Shown here: positions 1 through 6,840 of the stretch, one piece after another | Layout of the letters: each line of letters starts with the position of its first letter | Position numbering within the stretch: the stretch's first letter is position 1 | Origin: Bacillota bacterium | GTDB taxonomy: Bacteria > Bacillota > Clostridia > Acetivibrionales > DSM-1351 | Length of the DNA: 24,000 nucleotides | Reading direction: 5' to 3' | NCBI GenBank assembly: GCA_023444055.1 | Contig: JAEZRV010000048.1 | Location: forward strand, 1 to 24,000 | Program-made: the position numbers and the translations under genes | Notes under the pieces: model-generated | Told to the model about the DNA's origin: nothing | Database searches by the model: none | Seen by the model: only the letters and a program-made list of their open reading frames with translations

Positions 1-1
1 A

Positions 2-1762
2 GTAGAAACAAAAGTAAATGGAACATTAATCACCACTACAGAATATGCATATGACTACAATGGAAACCAGCTGACTACAACAGTAAATGGAGCAATAACA
101 GTAAATGAATACGATTGTTGGAATCAGTTGATAACAACCATGACAAACACAGGAACAACAATAAACGCATACAACGGAGAAGGTTACAGAGTTTCAAAAA
201 CAGTAAACGGCACATTGACAAGATATTTGTATGAAGGCGACAAGGTAGTTTTAGAGTTAGACAACTCAGGAAATGAGACAGCTAGAAACGTGTATGGAAG
301 CAACCTGATAATGAGGGAAGCAATCAGGCCTGACAACTCAAACATATTTGACACCTACTTCTATCTGTACAATGGACATGCTGACGTAACAGCACTGCTA
401 AAACCAGATGGAAATATAGCTGCAACCTACTACTATGATGCTTTTGGTAACATAACCGCAACAGGCAGTGCCAACAACAGCATAACCTTCGCAGGCTACC
501 AGTATGATAAGGAAACCGGCTTATACTACTTGAACGCAAGAATGTACGACCCAAAGACAGCAAGATTTTTGCAGGAAGATACATACACTGGAGACAGGAA
601 CGATCCGTTGAGTTTGAACCTATACACCTACTGCCACAATGAACCGTTGATGTACTATGATCCAGATGGACATCACTGGAAATATTTATGGATTGATGAT
701 TTAATTAATAAGTTTGCAGGTAGTCATATTGGTGAAGACAGTACAGAAAGAACATTAATAACGCCTGAAGCATATGGTATCGAAAATAGTCTGCAACACC
801 TGAAAAAAGAAGCAGTAAAAAGAGGAGATAAAAAATTAATTAAAGTTTGTGACAAAAAAATTAATGATTTATACAAGTATGGTAGTGTAGAAACAATTGT
901 TGAAACCCACCTAAAATATGCTGCTCCTGCGGTTGCTGTGCCATTAGCAGTATCAGCTGCAATAGTTGCTCCAGAGGCTTTAGCGGTTTCAATGCCATTA
1001 TTAACGAAAGTTTCTACAACCCCTATAGGAAATTATGTGCTAAACAACGGTGATAAACTAATAAACAAAGGCAATACTGTAATGTGGGGAGTTCAAACAG
1101 GTAGTGATATAGCAACTGGTAACTTCAATTCAGTACCTATGGATATGTTGGGCACTTTTGAATCATTTATGTTTGGAAAGCAATTCAGTACTGCTAATGG
1201 TGCACCTCTGTGGAGTAAGAATACAAAACAACAATATATAGGGAAAAATGCAGTACAAAAGGGATATCTGAATGCAATACAAGGTGTTAATAGGGGAACA
1301 GAAGTTTCTGAGGTTGGAAGTGCCACTGAAAAGATGTATAGTGTAAGAGGTGCACAAGTAACTGAATCCCAGTTCGCAAATCTTAGGAAAAAAGCTGTGT
1401 ATCAAGCATGGGAAAATGAAAAGCAGTTAGTACGATCAACAGGTAAAGGAACCAGAGAATGGACTGCAGAAGAAATGCAGGAATTATTATCAGCTAAACC
1501 AGGAAGAGGTGTTACTGGTTATGAAGGACAACATATGAAATCAGCAGAAGCATATCCTGATTTTGTTGATGTCCCAGATAATATCCAATTTTTAAAGGGC
1601 AGACAAATGCCAGTTAATGAACATATTAACGCTCATGGAGGTAATTATCAGAATCCTACTAATTGGTATTACGATCCACTATCAGGAAATGCAATTGATT
1701 TTGGTGATATTGTTCCTTGGAAACCATTTGAGATACGTGGGGGCAAAGTAATTCAGAGATAA
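2..1762 (+). CDS. Rhs/YD-repeat polymorphic toxin, 3' part (5' end outside window), ending in a colicin-DNase-like HNH nuclease toxin domain
   Basis: Frame is open from nt 2 (VETKVNGTLITTTEYAYDYNGNQL, YD repeats), so the ATG at 128 is internal. Rhs core-end motif LYTYCHNEPLMYYDPDGH ends at nt 673. C-terminus EWTAEEMQELL..GVTGYEGQHM..PDNIQFL..NEHINAHGG (His codon 1532-1534; H-x3-H at 1622-1636) resembles colicin E9/pyocin-type HNH DNase domains. Confidence 0.9.
   Translation, partial: VETKVNGTLITTTEYAYDYNGNQLTTTVNGAITVNEYDCWNQLITTMTNTGTTINAYNGEGYRVSKTVNGTLTRYLYEGDKVVLELDNSGNETARNVYGSNLIMREAIRPDNSNIFDTYFYLYNGHADVTALLKPDGNIAATYYYDAFGNITATGSANNSITFAGYQYDKETGLYYLNARMYDPKTARFLQEDTYTGDRNDPLSLNLYTYCHNEPLMYYDPDGHHWKYLWIDDLINKFAGSHIGEDSTERTLITPEAYGIENSLQHLKKEAVKRGDKKLIKVCDKKINDLYKYGSVETIVETHLKYAAPAVAVPLAVSAAIVAPEALAVSMPLLTKVSTTPIGNYVLNNGDKLINKGNTVMWGVQTGSDIATGNFNSVPMDMLGTFESFMFGKQFSTANGAPLWSKNTKQQYIGKNAVQKGYLNAIQGVNRGTEVSEVGSATEKMYSVRGAQVTESQFANLRKKAVYQAWENEKQLVRSTGKGTREWTAEEMQELLSAKPGRGVTGYEGQHMKSAEAYPDFVDVPDNIQFLKGRQMPVNEHINAHGGNYQNPTNWYYDPLSGNAIDFGDIVPWKPFEIRGGKVIQR
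311..673 (+). repeat. Copy 1 of 363-nt Rhs core-end homology block (direct repeat with 2626-2988)
   Basis: Encodes MREAIRPDNSNIFDTYFYLYNGHADVTALL...YYDPDGH. By eye roughly 85-90 percent identical to 2626-2988, with a perfect 62-nt run at 521-582 = 2836-2897. Confidence 0.9.
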
Positions 1763-1782
1763 ATAAACAGGAGGCTTATTAG

Positions 1783-2298
1783 ATGAGTGAAAGACAAATT
1801 CCTAGTATATTAAAACCCTTTTTCATTGAAATAGATAAATATGCAGATGGAGTTCATGAACTTAATGATGGCTCAAATGAATTAAGCATAACTGCTTTAG
1901 AAAAGGAGATGAATGTAAGATTACCGAGCTTATATAAAGATTTCCTAAAAGCTTGCAACGGCGGTGACTTGTTTTCAGGTGGGACAATACTTGGAAAAGT
2001 TTATGAACCATCTGAAGGTTCTATGAAACATGGGGTGTTTTACTTAAATAGGGGAAATAGACCTGAACACAAATGGCCCGGGATGCCTTCATACTATTTT
2101 ACTATTGCAGATACCAATTATGGTGACATCATATGCATTAACTTAAATAGTAGTGATGGACAAGATTGCGAAATTATTCAGTGGAGTCATGAATCAGGCA
2201 AAGTATCAAGAAGCTGGAGCGGTTTACTTGAATGGCTTAAAGAGGAATTGAGTCAAGGTGCAATGATGTTTGACTACGATGGGAACCTAAAGGATTAA
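1783..2298 (+). CDS. SMI1/KNR4 (SUKH-1) family immunity protein for the upstream HNH toxin
   Basis: AGGAGG at about 1770 precedes the ATG. LPSLYKDFLKACNGGDLF is the hallmark SUKH-1 motif. It sits immediately downstream of the toxin tip. Confidence 0.85.
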   Translation: MSERQIPSILKPFFIEIDKYADGVHELNDGSNELSITALEKEMNVRLPSLYKDFLKACNGGDLFSGGTILGKVYEPSEGSMKHGVFYLNRGNRPEHKWPGMPSYYFTIADTNYGDIICINLNSSDGQDCEIIQWSHESGKVSRSWSGLLEWLKEELSQGAMMFDYDGNLKD

Positions 2299-2312
2299 TA
2301 TCATAAAATATA

Positions 2313-2345
2313 GGATAGGTGTAACAGCCTACCCTTTTGTTTTAT
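2313..2345 (+). terminator. Rho-independent terminator after the toxin-immunity pair
   Basis: GGATAGG (2313-2319) / CCTACCC (2328-2334) stem with one mismatch and an 8-nt loop, followed by TTTTGTTTT. Confidence 0.6.
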
Positions 2346-2375
2346 AAAGATTAATAGCAGACGCTCTGTAAGCGC

Positions 2376-2625
2376 TTGATTTTAATGCGCCTTGTTCCAA
2401 AAAACGGTAATGGAAATGCTCGACTTGTATTCGATGGAAATGAAAAGTGTACAACCAATACCTACAATGAGCAAAACAAGGTAATATCATCAAGTAAATC
2501 AGCATCAGGTATAACACACGAAACCACATACAACTATGATGCTAATGGAAACCAAATAACAGCAACCGATTGGCTTGGAAATACAACCACAGCAATGTAC
2601 AGGAAAAATCCTATGACGCATTATA
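2376..2625 (+). pseudogene. Displaced YD-repeat fragment, out of frame with the downstream rhs-CT module
   Basis: Translation contains YD repeats (TTYNYDANGNQITATDWLGNTTT). It has no SD and only a TTG. The frame differs from 2626-4275, which has a stop at 2614-2616 just upstream. It is not colinear with the main gene: the segment YNGEGYRVSK...ARNVYGSNL is missing. Confidence 0.7.
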
Positions 2626-2988
2626 ATGAGAGAAGCAATCAGGACAGACGGCTCAAACATATCTGACACCTACTTCTATCTGTACAACGGACATGCAGAC
2701 GTAACGGCACTGCTAAAACCAGATGGAAATATAGTTGCAACCTACTATTATGATGCTTTTGGAAACATAACCGCAACAGGCAGTGCCAACAACAACATCA
2801 CCTTTGCAGGCTACCAGTACGATGCTGAAACAGGTTTATACTACTTGAACGCAAGAATGTACGACCCAAAGACAGCAAGATTTTTGCAGGAAGATACGTA
2901 TTTAGGCGATAGGAATGATTCGCTGAGTTTGAATTTGTATACGTATTGCCTGAACAACCCATTAGTGTATTATGATCCTACAGGACAC
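2626..2988 (+). repeat. Copy 2 of 363-nt Rhs core-end homology block
   Basis: Direct repeat of 311-673, offset 2315 nt. Confidence 0.9.
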
Positions 2989-4275
2989 AATGTTGTAAGT
3001 GATGATGAAGCGATGGAAATAACCGAAAAAATAAAAGCACATAATAGGAAAAAATACACTAACTTAATAGACAAGCATGAAGATTTATTTGAGATATTTG
3101 ACGAATATACTGCTGACTATAAAAGTACCGAAGAATATGCGGAATACATGGATATGAAATCTGTTTCTGGTACTCTGTCTTCAATAAAGAGTGAAATTGC
3201 TTCAAAAGGATTTATAAGTTCAGATGATGGAATGAAACTACATCAAGGAATTTTGAGTTTTAATAACTCAGTATTTGAAGCAACGACTAGTGATAAGTAT
3301 AGAACTGCAATGAGTTTATTTACCGATAAAGTGAATTCATCGAATCCATACGATGTTATAAATAATGGTAACATAATTTCGAAGTATAATTCATTTAGCT
3401 TTATTGAACGTATGGCTGAAGGATATGATACTAATGGTGCTCTAATAAAACTTGCAAAAATAGAAGCACTATCGGGAGAAGATGAAATTACATATGCCGA
3501 TTATTATCTGATGACCACAGAGCAAACAAGAGCAGCTATGGATATGAGTACTTATAACATTGCTATGATTGCTATGGGGAAATTCTACTACGGAAATATA
3601 GGAAGTGGCAAAGGCAAAATAACTAGTAGTGATATTGAAGCCAGTCGACTTGATGCTTTGGAAGCAAGAGGCTATAATATAGTAACATTTGGAAAAAATA
3701 CAGGAGGGAATACCTCTAAATATAGACTTAATACAGGATTTAAAGGGAGGTTTACTTTAAAGGGAACGTCGACTGAGGGGGCTGGTAATCTTGGTAGGTA
3801 TGCAAAGAAACCGTTAAATCAATCAGACTTTATTGGTACACTTGATGAAAGTTTTGTTAACTTAAGTACATCAAAGAAAATAGATGCTGCTTTTGGCGAG
3901 ATAGAAAGTGCATTTGGTAAGTCCTACTCAAACAAAATTAGTGAACTTTACAATTCATCATCACAAAACTTTATTAAGTCAGCTGATGACTTGGGAGTAT
4001 TTAAACTAGACGTAAGAGGAAACCCAATTATTGAGATTAATAAGAACATTGGTAACTCTAAAGTTATGGCAAATACTATATTACACGAAGTAAGGCATTT
4101 AAGGCAGTACAATAAGCTAGGGATTAGTCCTAAAGGATGGAATGCACTCAGTGATGAGTTCGTAGAAAGGTTTGCAACATCAACAAACCTTTGGCAGGGA
4201 AAGAAAATGGGATTATCTCCAGAAGACTTAGGAATCTTCCAGAACTACTATAATGGATGGAGGGGAATTAAATGA
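2626..4275 (+). CDS. Orphan Rhs C-terminal module: Rhs core end plus an HExxH (putative Zn-metallopeptidase-like) toxin domain
   Basis: The first 121 codons are near-identical to 311-673 of the main gene and end in YYDPTGH (nt 2988). From 2989 the sequence is unrelated to the main gene. HEVRH lies at 4084-4098, with acidic SDEFVE about 20 aa downstream. No SD precedes the ATG at 2626. Confidence 0.8.
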   Translation: MREAIRTDGSNISDTYFYLYNGHADVTALLKPDGNIVATYYYDAFGNITATGSANNNITFAGYQYDAETGLYYLNARMYDPKTARFLQEDTYLGDRNDSLSLNLYTYCLNNPLVYYDPTGHNVVSDDEAMEITEKIKAHNRKKYTNLIDKHEDLFEIFDEYTADYKSTEEYAEYMDMKSVSGTLSSIKSEIASKGFISSDDGMKLHQGILSFNNSVFEATTSDKYRTAMSLFTDKVNSSNPYDVINNGNIISKYNSFSFIERMAEGYDTNGALIKLAKIEALSGEDEITYADYYLMTTEQTRAAMDMSTYNIAMIAMGKFYYGNIGSGKGKITSSDIEASRLDALEARGYNIVTFGKNTGGNTSKYRLNTGFKGRFTLKGTSTEGAGNLGRYAKKPLNQSDFIGTLDESFVNLSTSKKIDAAFGEIESAFGKSYSNKISELYNSSSQNFIKSADDLGVFKLDVRGNPIIEINKNIGNSKVMANTILHEVRHLRQYNKLGISPKGWNALSDEFVERFATSTNLWQGKKMGLSPEDLGIFQNYYNGWRGIK

Positions 4276-4652
4276 GACTAGATATTAATTTACTAAATAG
4301 TAGATATAGTTCTACAGAAAAATCAATTCCTGTTGTGATAAAACTATCATCAGATGAAGAAGTAGAGATAGCAGAGAAGATTGATTTAAGGGAGATACTC
4401 CTTCTACAAGGGGAGGATGCTAAGGCTGGAACATATACTTCATGCCGATTAGGCTTACCCAGAGATACCTTTATAGTATCAAAGCAAAAACCACATTACA
4501 TTGTCTATGACGTTTATGAAGATTGCAGGGACATAGATATTGAACCAGGGGAGTATGATATTTCTATAAAACTCAAGGCCTTTGTGAAAGTAGATGAGGA
4601 TAATTTTGAGACAATTGAGCTAGGCGGAAAAAAAGCTATTACAATTGAATAG
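4272..4652 (+). CDS. Putative cognate immunity protein of the HExxH rhs-CT (126 aa, no recognised family)
   Basis: ATGA start/stop overlap with the toxin ORF (4272-4275), implying translational coupling. Size and position are typical of immunity genes. Confidence 0.6.
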   Translation: MRLDINLLNSRYSSTEKSIPVVIKLSSDEEVEIAEKIDLREILLLQGEDAKAGTYTSCRLGLPRDTFIVSKQKPHYIVYDVYEDCRDIDIEPGEYDISIKLKAFVKVDEDNFETIELGGKKAITIE

Positions 4653-4893
4653 AAATATTCCACTATACGCTACAACAATTTACCCCTGTTGAGATAACAA
4701 AGCCAAGTATTTTTCATGCTGATAACGTTGATATTGTATGATAACAAACTAAATGAATCCCGCCTACCTTTAAAAGAGGGCGGCGGAGGCAACCAACTTT
4801 AAAATCAAGTCCTATTAAAGAGAGAATAGAGTACATATATACTACTACTCCCTTAGTAGGACTTTCTTTTTTGATAGTGATTGATAGAGACCA

Positions 4894-4930
4894 AGCCCCG
4901 CCGCCGATTTCAATTGTAGGTGGCGGGGCT
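4894..4930 (+). terminator. Strong GC-rich stem-loop: possible terminator or structured-RNA/DNA element
   Basis: AGCCCCGCCGCC (4894-4905) pairs with GGTGGCGGGGCT (4919-4930): 12 bp including one G.U, with a 13-nt loop. The downstream sequence is only moderately U-rich (TCGTCTGTGATTGTTGTT). Confidence 0.4.
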
Positions 4931-5176
4931 TCGTCTGTGATTGTTGTTAAACACTCTCTAATACTAACCACTTGATAGTAATATAAGTGACATAGAATTG
5001 AATTATATGTCTATGGTAATAAAGGTGTATTGCCCCCCACCGAAGGGCGGGATTTGGTTAAAATAAGCGAATTGTAGTGTAAGGAAAATACATAAAATCT
5101 ACTGGTGTAACCTATGAAAAAGTAAATCCGCAACAGTAAATATATCTTAATATCTATACATAAATTCAGCCTTGTT

Positions 5177-5272
5177 GTCTAAAATTTAGGATTCAGAATA
5201 TAATTTCTGTGTCCTAAAAATTAGAACTCTGCGTCCTAAAATTTAGAACCCTGTGTCCTAAAATTTAGGCAC
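5177..5272. repeat. Array of four palindromic repeats, consensus CTGYGTCCTAAAATTTAGRAC; three are in tandem with a 22-bp period
   Basis: Copies start at 5177 (GTCTAAAATTTAGGA), 5211, 5233 and 5255. The core CCTAAA-N-TTTAGG is an inverted repeat. The last copy extends to the 20-bp near-palindrome GTGTCCTAAAATTTAGGCAC (5253-5272). Confidence 0.85.
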
Positions 5273-5352
5273 GAATAAATACAAGAGAATAACTACAAGA
5301 AGAACAAAGACAAGATTACCGTTTTCGCTCCGCTCAACGGACACTTGAAGGG

Positions 5353-5381
5353 TTGAAATATTGATTCTTTGGCTCTATAAC
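5353..5381 (+). promoter_or_regulatory. Candidate sigma-A type promoter TTGAAA-17 nt-TATAAC
   Basis: The -35 is at 5353-5358 and the -10 at 5376-5381. It would produce a leader of about 280 nt ahead of the recombinase start at 5661. This is sequence match only. Confidence 0.3.
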
Positions 5382-5660
5382 GCTACGACAGTCTCAAATA
5401 ATTTCTCGCAGATAATATGTATCTACCTGAGACCGCCCCGCCTAACCGCCTTTTTCAAGGCACTGGGCGGGGTGCTTTCATTTAAAAATACTATCAAAAT
5501 AATCAATATAGTTACCTCTGTAATAACCAATATCCTGTTGAAATACTTTCTGAAAAGGTCTATAACCTTGTTTACAAGTTCATTTAGTAAACAGATTAAC
5601 CCGCCCCACTTGGGCGGCGTTACGAAAACTCAAATTATCGTTACAGGAGGTGAAAAAGCA

Positions 5661-6440
5661 ATGGATAAAGCAGTTGGATATGTTCGTGTAAGTACTATGG
5701 GGCAAGTTAAAGACGGTTATTCTCTTTCCTATCAGACCGAGGAAATACAAAAGTATGTCGCCACCCACAACCTTGATTTAATAGGTATCTATGAAGACAA
5801 AGGGATAAGCGGGGCGAAGGTTGATGAAGATGATTTAACTATAGCAAGAGAAGGACTACAGGAAATGCTATCAGCGGTAAGGTGGCAGGAAGCAAAGTAT
5901 GTAATTGTACTTAATACCTCCCGCCTTTGGCGTTCAGATTTAGTTAAAGTACTTATTCATAGGGAACTAAAGCGGAATAACGCTGAAATACGGTCTATAG
6001 AGCAATCTAACTACAGCATTTATACTAAAGACCCCACTGACATATTAGTAAACGGTATGCTTGAACTTCTAGACCAGTATCAACGACTAGAAATAGCTTT
6101 AAAACTTGGTAGGGGCAGAAAGAAGAAAGCCCAACAAGGCGGTTATGCAGGTGGGCGGGTTGCCTTTGGATACTCTGCTAAGAAGTCACAGAAGGCTTTA
6201 GAAGTAAATGAAGAACAGGCTAACACTGTAAGGAGGGTGTTTGAAATCAAACAGAGGAATCCCGCCCTCTCACTATCACAGATAGCTTCTATAATCAATC
6301 TAGAAGGCTTTAAAACTACACAAGATAAAGAGTTTACCAAGGTTCAAATCAAGCGTATTCTTGACCGTAAAGACTTCTATAGTGGTATCTATCACTACGG
6401 ACAAATAGAAGCCAAAGGGGAGCATATTGCAATTATCTAA
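5661..6440 (+). CDS. Serine recombinase (resolvase catalytic domain plus recombinase domain), short 259-aa form lacking zinc-ribbon/coiled-coil domains
   Basis: AGGAGG at 5645-5650 lies 10 nt upstream of the ATG at 5661. N-terminus MDKAVGYVRVSTMGQ carries the catalytic Ser motif; DKGISG and SRLWRS are present. GGRVAFGYS and GEHIAII match the large-serine-recombinase recombinase domain, but the ORF stops right after the HxAII motif. The in-frame extension back to 5361 has no protein-like character. Confidence 0.85.
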   Translation: MDKAVGYVRVSTMGQVKDGYSLSYQTEEIQKYVATHNLDLIGIYEDKGISGAKVDEDDLTIAREGLQEMLSAVRWQEAKYVIVLNTSRLWRSDLVKVLIHRELKRNNAEIRSIEQSNYSIYTKDPTDILVNGMLELLDQYQRLEIALKLGRGRKKKAQQGGYAGGRVAFGYSAKKSQKALEVNEEQANTVRRVFEIKQRNPALSLSQIASIINLEGFKTTQDKEFTKVQIKRILDRKDFYSGIYHYGQIEAKGEHIAII

Positions 6441-6464
6441 AATGCAATAACAGGAGGTTTTAAC

Positions 6465-6656
6465 ATGCAAGTAAGACTATTGACAGTATACAGCACAACA
6501 GTAAATAATTCCGAAGTGCCGCAAATACGAATACAGGGAAAATGGCTTGAAAGGCTGGGATTCAAGCCTAATGTGAAAATAATCGTTGAAGAAAAATATG
6601 GACAGCTATTGCTCAGAATAGTACAAATCTGTGAAGTAGGGAGAGAAGGAACATAA
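6465..6656 (+). CDS. SymE-like / AbrB-fold (SpoVT-AbrB) small protein, 63 aa
   Basis: AGGAGG at 6452-6457 precedes the ATG. VPQIRIQGKWLERLGFKPNVKIIVEEKYGQLLLRIV matches the SymE_toxin / AbrB-like pattern (P-x-hRLxGKWLxxxGF....v.v....g.L.I). Confidence 0.7.
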   Translation: MQVRLLTVYSTTVNNSEVPQIRIQGKWLERLGFKPNVKIIVEEKYGQLLLRIVQICEVGREGT

Positions 6657-6658
6657 AT

Positions 6659-6840
6659 AACAGGTATTACGCTCTTGAAATTTCCGCAATTCATATGTCA
6701 ATACGTATAAGTTGTTAGAGGTACTTACATACAAGTAAAGAATGGATATGCTTTTAGTCCCCTTGCGGGTCTCTTTAAGAGACTAACGCTCAATAGCTGA
6801 GGTTGCAACTATTCTTTACAGGATTAGAAAGGGTGGTCTT
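6659..6840 (+). ncRNA. Candidate IS110 bridge (guide) RNA in the non-coding left end
   Basis: The position matches the bridge RNA of IS110-subgroup elements. Short stems are visible, e.g. GTCTC-TTTAA-GAGAC (6769-6783) and TACTT-ACATAC-AAGTA (6722-6737). The structure was not verified. Confidence 0.4.

Noticed and set aside
324-1405. Minus-strand ORFs 324-584, 1093-1326 and 1163-1405 inside the rhs gene
   Set aside because: They lie antisense within a strongly supported coding region, have low-complexity Cys/Leu/Ser-rich translations, and lack start context. They are shadow ORFs. The same reasoning applies to the other antisense ORFs inside supported genes: 5580-5768, 6143-6340, 7935-8123, 8168-8413, 8960-9178, 10510-10875, 10909-11175, 13022-13267, 14702-15058, 15282-15727, 16196-16802, 18027-18629, 19089-19292, 22040-22276 and 22739-23018. 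The ORFs at 22978-23199(+), 23177-23431(-) and 23396-23587(+) overlap nifU or mnmA in other frames and are rejected for the same reason.
2376-2666. 96-aa ORF called as a separate gene
   Set aside because: It starts at a TTG without an SD and is a YD-repeat fragment that runs out of frame into the orphan rhs-CT module. It is better described as a pseudogene remnant.
4714-4971. 85-aa minus-strand ORF in the non-coding gap
   Set aside because: It is built largely from the GC-rich hairpin arms (PPP, GGG runs), has no SD and matches no recognisable family. It is treated as non-coding.
5177-5272. Possible CRISPR array, because of regular spacing
   Set aside because: The repeat units are about 20 bp with only a few nucleotides between them, so there are no spacers of CRISPR size. 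Only three or four units are present and no cas genes are in the window.
5361-5660. N-terminal 100-codon extension of the recombinase ORF in the track
   Set aside because: The translation is not protein-like and spans GC hairpins. A canonical AGGAGG plus ATG at 5661 gives the standard MDKAVGYVRVST serine-recombinase N-terminus.
6446-6664. 9-bp direct repeat AATAACAGG (6446-6454 and 6656-6664) exactly flanking the SymE-like ORF, as a possible target-site duplication or alternative IS left end
   Set aside because: A rough estimate suggests tens of 9-mer repeats within a few hundred bp are expected by chance in a 24-kb AT-rich window. There is no supporting terminal structure. An IS110 element including the SymE-like gene would be unusually long, and its left flank would not match the paralogous empty site.
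6437-6694. 85-aa minus-strand ORF antisense to the SymE-like gene
   Set aside because: It has no SD and a hydrophobic, low-complexity translation, so it is probably not a protein. An antisense RNA in this position remains possible by analogy with SymR/SymE, but nothing in the sequence proves it.
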